Assembly (NCBI GenBank): GCA_945861715.1
Contig: CAMAVK010000004.1
Span: 784-64,783 of the forward strand
From: Candidatus Woesearchaeota archaeon
GTDB lineage: Archaea; Nanobdellota; Nanobdellia; Woesearchaeales; GW2011-AR9
Direction: 5' to 3'
DNA length: 64,000 bases
Shown here: one piece after another, positions 36,325 to 44,749 of the stretch
How positions within the stretch are numbered: the stretch's first letter is position 1
Layout of the letters: each line of letters opens with the position of its first letter
Translations under genes and position numbers: made by a program
The notes under the pieces: model-generated
What the model saw: only the letters and a program-made list of their open reading frames with translations
What the model was told of the DNA's origin: nothing
Database searches by the model: none

Positions 36325-36885
36325 TTATTTTCTTTGGACTTTGACATTCTTTTTTTCTTGGTCTGACGCTACAAAGAGTAATTCTTCTTGGTATTTGAAC
36401 ATTTTTGCGATGAGGGTGTCAGGAAAGATGGTAATTCTGGTGTTATAATTTGTGACGCTGTCGTTATAAAACTCTCGTCGGTCGGCGATTTGGTCTTCTA
36501 ATTCAGATAATCTTTTTTGAAGGCTGAGAAAATTTTCATTTGCTTGGAGTTTGGGATAGTTTTCAGCAACGGCAAATATTGTTTTGAGGGTTGAACTCAT
36601 TTCACCGCTTAATTGTGCTTTTTTGTTTATGGTTTGTGAGGTGGTGAGTTGTGTTCTTATTTTAGTTAAATCAAGGAGTGTTTGTTTTTCATGTTTCATG
36701 TATCCTTTGACAATTTCTACCAAGTTTGGTACTTCGTCGGAACGTTGTTTTAGAAGTACGTCAATGTTGGCGGAAGATTTTTTGATGTTGTTTTTGAGTT
36801 GTATGAGGCGATTAAAGATGCTTATGATGTACCCTATTACAATTATGCTGATGATAATAATGAGGTATGTTAGGTATGTGTTCAT
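36325..36885 (-). CDS. lemA: LemA family protein
   Basis: N-terminal TM, IDVLLKQRSDEVPNLV, AVAENYPKLQANENF and RREFYNDSVTNYN. Confidence 0.96.
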   Translation of the reverse strand: MNTYLTYLIIIISIIVIGYIISIFNRLIQLKNNIKKSSANIDVLLKQRSDEVPNLVEIVKGYMKHEKQTLLDLTKIRTQLTTSQTINKKAQLSGEMSSTLKTIFAVAENYPKLQANENFLSLQKRLSELEDQIADRREFYNDSVTNYNTRITIFPDTLIAKMFKYQEELLFVASDQEKKNVKVQRK

Positions 36886-36954
36886 AGTGAGTCACCGGTT
36901 TAGTCTTCTTTTTGTTTTAATTGTTCAGTGTTTTTTTGGGAGGTTATTCGATCT

Positions 36955-37797
36955 CTATTGAAAGAGGAAATATAGGGCGCCTGCGAAAAGGAGGACTGCA
37001 ATGGTCATAAAGATTGCTGTTTCAATGCTGTATTTTTTGGTCATGTTTTCTTCTTTTTTATTGCTGATAATAAAGGGAGTTCCTTTTTGAAATTGAAGTT
37101 GGAGTTTTTGTGTTGCTTTTGTTGGGGTGGTTTGTTTTGGAGAATTTTGGGTAAGGGGGGTTTGTGGCGGCGAAGTTTGTGCTGTGGTTGGTATACAGGC
37201 TTGTCCAAGAATATATACTTCAGTGTTTGGTTTTATGAGGTATTCTGTGTATCGCATAGTTTTGTTGATACCAAAGAGTCCTTCAAAGGATAGTTTGAAT
37301 ATGTTGTTTACGAAACCAGCAACTATCCCAGTTGTTGCTGTTGTTAATTCTGTTGTTTGTTTGTTGTGATTTTTGATAAATTCCTGGATTTCTTTTGGTG
37401 GGTCTTTACCTAGACCTGATTTATATTGAACGTTTTGTGGGATGTCAATTTCTGCATTTTTTGGGTTTACTTGCATGGTTCCTGAATCATCTTGTACGAG
37501 GAAGGGGGTAGTTGATTTTTCTTGTAGTATGATAACCCATTTTTTGGTTTTTCCTTGTTGTTTGAATTCTTCAATAGTGTAATGATAATGCACACAGTCT
37601 TGTTTTGTGAATGGGCTCTTTAGAATTGTGGTTAGAGGTGTGGTTTTTCCTTTTATTTCTGAGATGCCTACAGCTACACTGCGAATTTTAGATGTGGGGA
37701 GGTCTTGGATAAGTTTTTTGGTGTTGTATGCTCGGATGCCAATGTAACTCGATACTGCTCCCATAGTACCTAAAATGAATGTAAGTAAGATGTTCAT
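36955..37797 (-). CDS. GIDE-domain membrane protein (MUL1/MAPL-type intermembrane domain, no RING)
   Basis: TM, then IQDLPTSKIRSVAVGISEIKG, SPFTKQDCVHY, PFLVQDDSG, RYTEYLI and VYILG, then a C-terminal TM. Confidence 0.8.
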   Translation of the reverse strand: MNILLTFILGTMGAVSSYIGIRAYNTKKLIQDLPTSKIRSVAVGISEIKGKTTPLTTILKSPFTKQDCVHYHYTIEEFKQQGKTKKWVIILQEKSTTPFLVQDDSGTMQVNPKNAEIDIPQNVQYKSGLGKDPPKEIQEFIKNHNKQTTELTTATTGIVAGFVNNIFKLSFEGLFGINKTMRYTEYLIKPNTEVYILGQACIPTTAQTSPPQTPLTQNSPKQTTPTKATQKLQLQFQKGTPFIISNKKEENMTKKYSIETAIFMTIAVLLFAGALYFLFQ

Positions 37798-37962
37798 GGT
37801 TAGAACGGTTATTGTGTGGCTTTTTGAATGTTTTTGTTGATTTGCTTTTGGCGTTATTGGTTGGATCTGTGATATTTTATGTGATGTTCATGTGTGAGAT
37901 TATTTGTAGGATAGATTGGCTGCGTCGATAGGTTTATATTTGTAGTTTGTGTTGTCTAGATT

Positions 37963-38571
37963 GTGGTAGTGGTTAAAAAAACGGTGAAACGGACTATGCG
38001 TCGAGGTAGTCGGGCTGATGTTGATGGAGTTCTTCTTCATGAAGTTCGTGAGGTTAAGCGACGGCTTGGTAAGTTGGAAAAGGTTGATTCTCGCGTTGTT
38101 GCTGAAGAGAAGAAGATAGAATCCAAGGAAGATGTAATTGCAGCTAAGCAGAAGAAACTTGAGCAAGCGATGTTTCAATTAGGTAAATTCACATTTCGAC
38201 GTAAGCATATGCTTGAAGTTATTCGAGGTGTTGCGGGTTCATTTCTAGGGGTTGGTTTAGGTCGACAACTGCTGAATATGGAAGGGCTTGCTAATAGTCT
38301 TGCGTGGTGGAATATTTTTGGGATTTTAGTGTTTGTTCTTGCAATTTCGGCTTTGCTTTTGTATAAGAATGAGAAGGATTTTATTGCTCGAGATGGTCTT
38401 GGAGTGGTGTGGCGTAAACTTGCTTTTTTGTACGTGGTGGCACTTGCGATGGAAGTTCTTGCGCTGTTTTTATTTGGCGGGTTGCCTGCGTCAGGATTAC
38501 TTTTGTTTAAGGTTGTTGTCATTGGGTCATATAGTGCGATGGCGGGTGCGGTTAGTTTTAGTTTGATTTAG
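37963..38571 (+). CDS. Membrane protein with N-terminal coiled coil (DUF2391-like)
   Basis: Charged coiled-coil region followed by four TM helices. Confidence 0.7.
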   Translation: MVVVKKTVKRTMRRGSRADVDGVLLHEVREVKRRLGKLEKVDSRVVAEEKKIESKEDVIAAKQKKLEQAMFQLGKFTFRRKHMLEVIRGVAGSFLGVGLGRQLLNMEGLANSLAWWNIFGILVFVLAISALLLYKNEKDFIARDGLGVVWRKLAFLYVVALAMEVLALFLFGGLPASGLLLFKVVVIGSYSAMAGAVSFSLI

Positions 38572-38619
38572 AAGTTTTGTGTATTTTCTTGATATTTTGA
38601 TTTTATTTTTGTTTATTTT

Positions 38620-39084
38620 TTATTTAATGGGTGTATCTTTTTCTTGTAATTCTTGTAGGTATGTTCTTGATGTTGCTGCGAAGATGTTCGCGGCAAAGCT
38701 TGCGAAGAGTAATGGAGTGGTGTATGTCCATGCAGGGAGAAGGTCTGAGTTGTCAAGTATTATTTTTTCGAGAATGACTGCGGAAATGATGGCGATGCTG
38801 CTTGCGGCTAATAGTGCTGGGCGAAATGGTTTGTATAGAAGTGGATTTTGGGTGTTACTATCTTTTTCTTTTGATTTGAATAGTAAGTAGGTTCCATATC
38901 CAGCATAGAGGGTGCCAATACAGCCAAGAAGGGTGTTTGGCTCTTCTAAACCTATCATTATACTTGTTAACCCGACAGCTGTTGATGTTGTGCCTTCAAC
39001 TAGAACTAGTTTGTTTGAAATAGAGTTGTAATTTGGTTTAGAAGCTGTTTTGTATAATTCTAAGATGGTGCTGTCTAAGGTCAT
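38620..39084 (-). CDS. Membrane protein
   Basis: Four hydrophobic segments. Confidence 0.65.
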   Translation of the reverse strand: MTLDSTILELYKTASKPNYNSISNKLVLVEGTTSTAVGLTSIMIGLEEPNTLLGCIGTLYAGYGTYLLFKSKEKDSNTQNPLLYKPFRPALLAASSIAIISAVILEKIILDNSDLLPAWTYTTPLLFASFAANIFAATSRTYLQELQEKDTPIK

Positions 39085-39272
39085 ATTCTTTGGAAGCTTT
39101 GATTTTCTTTAAAAGTTTAGTTAGTATTTTTTTGGGAATTCTATATTTTTTTGGTATGACTTGTTGATTTCAAGATATTGTAAGTGTGGAACCATATTCT
39201 TTTAGAGTGAGGAAGGTTTAGTGGGGAAAAATCGAAGAATGAAAAAAATAAAAGAAAAAAAGTTTTACTTGC

Positions 39273-40187
39273 TTATTGTACCGTTTCTCTGATTCGTAAT
39301 TTTTCTTGAATTAATTCTTTGTATGTATATTCAAGGTTTAGTTTTACGGATCTTGTGTAGAGATCAGCTTCAGCGAGTGATTGTTTTAAGCGGCATTGAA
39401 CTTCTGCGGTTCCGTCTTCAGCTAATCGTGCTTCGTTTTCTCTTCCGCCTGATTTACATTCCCATTTTTCTGGTTCGTCAATGGTGAATCCAATTTGATT
39501 GAATCTGGTATCAAACTCTGCACCGGGTGTGGTTGATTTTCCAGTTCCTGCATTTTTAATTGCGATTCGAAGTACGATCACTCCTTTACCTGCTGATTCT
39601 TGGGTTACGGAGGTTACAGTTATTGGAGCGCCTGAGACACTAAATGTTTTTGCACCTTTTACTTCACATACGTTCTTGTCGGTTATGTCCCCTTTGAAAC
39701 ATGCATCGTCTACAATGAGATAGGTGTGATAATCATAGGCATATTCAAGATTCCAATTTACATCAGATATACCCGTTACTTTGTTTTTGTATTTTGCTCT
39801 TGATGATGTTGTAAAGGTAACTGTTTCTTCTCCTCCTGTTGGGTTGAATTCAGAAATTTTTTCGATGTTCTCTTTGTTTGGAATTGTCCAGCTTGGTATT
39901 CCATCATAATCTTGTGGGGCTGGTCCAAGGAGTCGTAGTGATACTTTACCCGGAGCTAGTGTGTCTTCACCTTTGTTTTTTAATAATACGTCAATTGGAA
40001 AATCTTCGCTGTCAAAGATGGTGAATACTCCGTCTTCTTTGATGCTAAATGGTTCAAATGATGCTTGTAAACCTTCTGTGCCACCTATGAACGCGTTACC
40101 GCCTTTTGGAGCAGGAGCTTGATTTGAACATCCTACTACAAAAAGACTGATTATTACTAGAAATGTAATTATTGCTTTTTTCATCAT
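39273..40187 (-). CDS. Secreted lipoprotein-like protein, Ig-like/beta-rich
   Basis: Lipobox FVVGC, AFIGGTEGL and conserved Cys residues. Confidence 0.85.
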   Translation of the reverse strand: MMKKAIITFLVIISLFVVGCSNQAPAPKGGNAFIGGTEGLQASFEPFSIKEDGVFTIFDSEDFPIDVLLKNKGEDTLAPGKVSLRLLGPAPQDYDGIPSWTIPNKENIEKISEFNPTGGEETVTFTTSSRAKYKNKVTGISDVNWNLEYAYDYHTYLIVDDACFKGDITDKNVCEVKGAKTFSVSGAPITVTSVTQESAGKGVIVLRIAIKNAGTGKSTTPGAEFDTRFNQIGFTIDEPEKWECKSGGRENEARLAEDGTAEVQCRLKQSLAEADLYTRSVKLNLEYTYKELIQEKLRIRETVQ

Positions 40188-40366
40188 ATCCCTCTTTTTT
40201 GATTATTTTGGCTATTTTCATTTAGCATGAATGCGATGCTGATTTTCTTGCTACTTGATATCTATTGAGGTAATGAGAAATCGCTATTTAAAGTTTTGGG
40301 CTTGGTGTCGGTGAGATTTGGTTGTTTTATCTAATTTTGAAGTAATTAAGAGAAATTAAACCTGGT

Positions 40367-41329
40367 CTATTCTGGTGTTCGGACAATTCTTACACTTTGT
40401 GTTGTTGATGTTTTGTAACCGTAACTTAGATCTATTATAAGGGGTGTTTCGTATGCTGCTCCACTTGGAACTTCAGCACTACAAATAATTTTTCCGTTGT
40501 TTCCAGCAAGTCGTACGAGTCCGTCTCGTGGTTTACAATCCAATGGTTGGCCATTTCCGAATCTCACGCTGTAGATCACTCGGTTTAAATCTTCAAAGTT
40601 CCAATTGTTAAATCCACAATTTTGAATTTCAGCTGAATTTGAGAGAACTGTACCGCCACCAAAGGATTGCACGTTGATATCAAATGTCGCTCGATGACCA
40701 GCCATGGTGACACCTACATATGATATCCCCACTGGTCCTCCTTGTCCGCCACCTAGACTTACTGCTCCGGGTGTACAGGCTTGTTGAGAGGTTTCGAAGT
40801 TGTAATTTTGTGGGTCAATACATACAGTTGCAGTTGCGGTTGAAGTGTAGCGGTAACAGGTATCAACTACTAAGTTTGGTGAGTATTCATTTACACCTAT
40901 TGGAAGGTTTATAGTTGAACTTTCCATTACTAGTTGGTTAAATGATCCATCTAGGTTGTAAATGTTTTTTCCATCGAGTGTTCCGTAGTTGTCTCCACAG
41001 GATCTTGGTACGTCAAGACCACCAGGGATGATATTGTGATCGAAGCCAGTTACGTGGATAAAACAGTCTTGAGGTTCTACGTTGGTTGAGCCTTTATTTT
41101 TTACTTCCATCATTAAGGATAGTTGTTGTCCGTCGAAGATAACTGATGGAAGATAATTTGGTACTGTTCGTGTTACAATTCCCTCGGTGCCACTTTGTGC
41201 TTCTTTCATTGCGCTTAGGGCATCTTGAGGAGTTGAGCCACTTCCTCCGGAACAACTTGTTAGTATTAGGAGTGTGAGTGTTAGGGTGATAAGAAGTATG
41301 GTGTTTTGACATCTAGACCTCTGTGACAT
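40367..41329 (-). CDS. Secreted lipoprotein-like protein, paralog of 39273..40187
   Basis: Lipobox ILTSC, SGTEGI, CYRYTSTA...VCID and GPVGIS. ATG at 41329 avoids overlap with the EamA gene. Confidence 0.85.
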   Translation of the reverse strand: MSQRSRCQNTILLITLTLTLLILTSCSGGSGSTPQDALSAMKEAQSGTEGIVTRTVPNYLPSVIFDGQQLSLMMEVKNKGSTNVEPQDCFIHVTGFDHNIIPGGLDVPRSCGDNYGTLDGKNIYNLDGSFNQLVMESSTINLPIGVNEYSPNLVVDTCYRYTSTATATVCIDPQNYNFETSQQACTPGAVSLGGGQGGPVGISYVGVTMAGHRATFDINVQSFGGGTVLSNSAEIQNCGFNNWNFEDLNRVIYSVRFGNGQPLDCKPRDGLVRLAGNNGKIICSAEVPSGAAYETPLIIDLSYGYKTSTTQSVRIVRTPE

Positions 41330-41424
41330 AGGGGTTAGGGAGAATGTAGGGATTATAAGATTTGTGGTTAGGGTGTGTGGATTTTGTGCGGTTTGGTTTG
41401 TTTGTTGTTTTACTTGTTTAAGGG

Positions 41425-42315
41425 TTAGCCTTTGAGAGTTAGGTAGCCTGCGAGTATCATGATTAGAAAAATCGTGCTTTTGTATGCTATTTGCTTTAGA
41501 TTTAGTTGTTCTTTGAAGTGGGGTATCCATCTGTGTAGGAGGATTGCATAGAACAGAGGGAAAAATACGCTAAATGATCCGACAGTTTCAATTAAGGTTA
41601 ATGGTGCAAGCCCAAGGCTGTACGTGTAGAGGGCCATGGCGATAAATGCGGCGAGTTCTAGGGTGATGAATATGTGAATTTTTTGTTTGAATTTTTTGTA
41701 ATTTGAGGTAATGTCTTTGCGGTGTTTTTTGATTAGCAATATTGGGAGAACGAGAAGTGTTGCGATGAATCCGCTGATGATAAATGCAGTTGCCCAGTTA
41801 AGATATTGATATGATATTTTGTAGAGGGTAATTTCGGCTGTGATGGCTAGACAACATAATATCATGTAGATGTATGACTTGTTGAATTGCATTTTTCGGA
41901 TGTCTTTTATCGTCAAAAGAGAGCTAGCTATGACAATAATTATGAAGCCGACGTATTGTGTTTTTGTTAGTGTTTCATCTAAAAATAGAAATGCGACAAT
42001 GGGAACGAATATTTTTCCTAAGGAAAATAATGCAACTACCGTTGATGTGTCGTCTAATTGGAGTGCACGATAATAGGGATAGAGAAAGAGAAGATTTGTG
42101 ATAGCTAGCCCTATTAAGATTGGCCAAGAATATAATGGAGGCCAAGTTGGCATTTGTATTAAAAGGATGAGGGGGGTAAATAGTAAGTTTAGAAGTGATG
42201 AGTAGAAAATGAGGGTTGGGATTCTTTTGAAGTGATGATTGGTTAGATAGTTGTCAAGGATGTTTGCGATACCAAAGAATGCGCCGCTTGTGAGGACTAG
42301 TATTATCCAATTCAT
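41425..42315 (-). CDS. DMT/EamA family transporter
   Basis: About 10 TM helices in two repeats, with YYRALQLDDTSTVVAL. Confidence 0.88.
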   Translation of the reverse strand: MNWIILVLTSGAFFGIANILDNYLTNHHFKRIPTLIFYSSLLNLLFTPLILLIQMPTWPPLYSWPILIGLAITNLLFLYPYYRALQLDDTSTVVALFSLGKIFVPIVAFLFLDETLTKTQYVGFIIIVIASSLLTIKDIRKMQFNKSYIYMILCCLAITAEITLYKISYQYLNWATAFIISGFIATLLVLPILLIKKHRKDITSNYKKFKQKIHIFITLELAAFIAMALYTYSLGLAPLTLIETVGSFSVFFPLFYAILLHRWIPHFKEQLNLKQIAYKSTIFLIMILAGYLTLKG

Positions 42316-42412
42316 GGATTTTGGTTGATTGAGTTGACTTATAGATTTTTGGGTTTAGGTGTTTTTAAAAATGGGGTTAGTTTCTTAAATATGGATTGTT
42401 TTTGGTGTACTA

Positions 42413-42649
42413 ATGGATAAGTATGTTGTAAAACATTTTCGGGACCAGTGTATTTCATGCGGAGCGTGTGCTGCACTTAGTCCTACGTTTTGGAAGATGG
42501 ATGAAGAAGGCATGGCTGAGTTGATTGGGAGTGTTAAAGTGAAGGATCATTTCGAGCTTGTGATTGTTACTGAAAGTGATAGGGTGGAAAATCAAGAGGC
42601 TGCTGATTGTTGTCCGGTGAATATTATTCATGTTGAGAAGAAAAAGTAA
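42413..42649 (+). CDS. Single-cluster ferredoxin
   Basis: CISCGAC ... AADCCPVNII. Confidence 0.93.
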   Translation: MDKYVVKHFRDQCISCGACAALSPTFWKMDEEGMAELIGSVKVKDHFELVIVTESDRVENQEAADCCPVNIIHVEKKK

Positions 42650-42675
42650 GGTCAATACGAGTTATTGTGATAGAC

Positions 42676-43257
42676 ATGGAACAACTTGATTTATTTAGTG
42701 GAGAAGTCAGTTCTGCTCTTTCTCGTGGATTAACTCATTATTCTCCAGAAACGTTGTATACTTTTCTGTCAACGCTCGATATGGTTGAGGTATGTCTTGA
42801 TGTTCTTGGAGACCGGCTTCAGAGAAGACCAATTAGCAAAAATTATGTTGGGGTATGCCCGTTTCATTCTGAACGAACTCCTTCTTTTTTTGTTCGACCA
42901 AAATATAATACCTGCCGATGTTTTGGGTGTGGCATAGAAATGGGACCATTACGGTTTAGTCTTGGGGTGGCGACTGAGGGTATTAGAGTGTATGGTGCAA
43001 CGCAGCAAAGTATCTATTTTGACTATCCTCTTTCAACTCCTCTTGAGATTTTATTTACAAATCCAAGTTTTCATCGCCAAAGAATTGTGGTTCCTTTTTT
43101 GGATGATATTGTGGCTTTGAGTGGATTACACTCAGTGATGGATTTAGATTATGATATTTCTGGGAGATCGATGAAAGAAACTTCTAACCCCTATCTTGGG
43201 GTGGTTAAACAATGTCTTATTGAAGAAGATGAATTACGTCAACGCGAAAGTATGTGA
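42676..43257 (+). CDS. CHC2 zinc-finger protein (bacterial primase-type zinc-binding domain, no TOPRIM)
   Basis: YVGVCPFHSERTPSFFVRPKYNTCRCFGCG. Confidence 0.85.
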   Translation: MEQLDLFSGEVSSALSRGLTHYSPETLYTFLSTLDMVEVCLDVLGDRLQRRPISKNYVGVCPFHSERTPSFFVRPKYNTCRCFGCGIEMGPLRFSLGVATEGIRVYGATQQSIYFDYPLSTPLEILFTNPSFHRQRIVVPFLDDIVALSGLHSVMDLDYDISGRSMKETSNPYLGVVKQCLIEEDELRQRESM

Positions 43258-43286
43258 GAATGGTTATTTCAATTATTTGATTTCAT

Positions 43287-43574
43287 TTATTTTGGAGCGT
43301 TATGTTCTACTCGTAGAAAATGTTCAAAGTTGAGATGGTGGTGTCTTAATTTGATTAGAATTTCGTTATGTTCTGCTGAGAGTTCATGAAGATGTTTTGT
43401 TGCTTTTTCGTATTCTTTATGACGTTTTAATTTGTCATAGGGGTCTGTTGTTCGCATGACTTTAGCCTGAAGTAAGTGCACATCAACTGACGCTTTCTTT
43501 ATTTTTTCATTTAGTTTGAGAAGTTTTCGTGCGTCGAGGTACATATAGGCTGCTTCTCGTTTAATGTTTGACAT
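43287..43574 (-). CDS. Small coiled-coil protein
   Basis: Heptad-like K/E/H-rich helices. Confidence 0.7.
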   Translation of the reverse strand: MSNIKREAAYMYLDARKLLKLNEKIKKASVDVHLLQAKVMRTTDPYDKLKRHKEYEKATKHLHELSAEHNEILIKLRHHHLNFEHFLRVEHNAPK

Positions 43575-43717
43575 AGTATGATTTTGATTTTTTGAGTGAT
43601 GTAGTGATGAGTGTTGTAGTGGTGTTAGGGTTTATTATGGTTTTGATTTGATAATAGTTTTAATACTACTTTTTGAGTGAAGGAATGTTTATATAGATTT
43701 GAGGCTGGTTTTCAATT

Positions 43718-44608
43718 ATGATTATTCCTGCTAAACCAGTTCCATTTGATGGTTCAATTCTCGTTACGGGGGCTACTGGGACAGTTGGTCGTCATGTAGT
43801 AGCTGAGTTGCTTAAGAGAGGAGTTCGAGTGCGAGCGGGTGTTCGGTCCGTTTCAAAGGCGGCGTTTCTTCGTAATTTGGGCGCTGAGGTGGTTGAGTTG
43901 GATTATGCTCGGCCAACTTGTGTTCGCTCAGCGTTTAAAGGTGTAGACCGGTTGTGTATCATTACTCCTGTTGATTCGCGTATGGTTCAGTTTACTGATC
44001 AACTTATTGTTGAGGCGCAACGTGTTGGTGTTCGTCATATTGTGAAGTTGTCAAGTGTTGGTGCGTCTCGAAATTCACTTCTTACTCTTGCAAAATTGCA
44101 TGGTGAAGCAGAGGAGATTGTATCAAACTCGGGAATTCCGTTTGCAATTGTTCGACCTACAATGTTTATGCAAAATCTTGTTACGATGTTTGGTGCGTCT
44201 ATAAAGAATGATAATGCGATTCATGCGCCGGCTGGTGAGGGTAAAATTCCGTGGATTGATGCGCGTGATGTTGCTCGAATTCTGGCTGAGATGATTGTAA
44301 AGAAACATACTGATCGAATTTATACTCTTACAGGGTCGGATGCGGTAAGTATGAATATTGTGGTGTCTCTTCTTTCAAAGCAACTTAAAAGAGAGATTGA
44401 ATATGTTCCAATCTCTCAAGAAGGAGCACGTTCTGGTATGGAAGGAGCAGGTATGTCTAAGTGGCATGTTGACGCTATGCTGGAGTTGTGGAGTGCAGTT
44501 CGTGCTGGAAATTTATCGGTTGTTTCACGCGATTATAAGACGGTGATGGGTGTTAATTCTGTTTCTTTGGTTGAGTTTACGCGCGACCATGAGAGTTATT
44601 GGAAATAA
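43718..44608 (+). CDS. NmrA-like NAD(P)H-binding atypical SDR
   Basis: Motifs LVTGATGTVGR, AFKGVDRL, HIVKLSSVG, IVRPTMFMQN and WIDARDVA. Confidence 0.93.
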   Translation: MIIPAKPVPFDGSILVTGATGTVGRHVVAELLKRGVRVRAGVRSVSKAAFLRNLGAEVVELDYARPTCVRSAFKGVDRLCIITPVDSRMVQFTDQLIVEAQRVGVRHIVKLSSVGASRNSLLTLAKLHGEAEEIVSNSGIPFAIVRPTMFMQNLVTMFGASIKNDNAIHAPAGEGKIPWIDARDVARILAEMIVKKHTDRIYTLTGSDAVSMNIVVSLLSKQLKREIEYVPISQEGARSGMEGAGMSKWHVDAMLELWSAVRAGNLSVVSRDYKTVMGVNSVSLVEFTRDHESYWK

Positions 44609-44749
44609 TTTTTTTCTGATTTAGATCTTTAAAAAAAGTAGATGCTCATTTTTTTTGGTTATATATCAAAAATGTTGAGTTAAAAAAATAGAATAAAATA
44701 AAATGGCTTGAAATAAAAATAATTATCATGCCCCATATGCTACTTGGGT

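Noticed and set aside
38579-38890. Plus-strand 103-aa ORF
   Set aside because: It is antisense to the more plausible minus-strand membrane protein 38620..39084.
41330-41530. N-terminal extension of the 40367 lipoprotein ORF
   Set aside because: It overlaps the EamA gene end. The signal peptide and lipobox fit the ATG at 41329.
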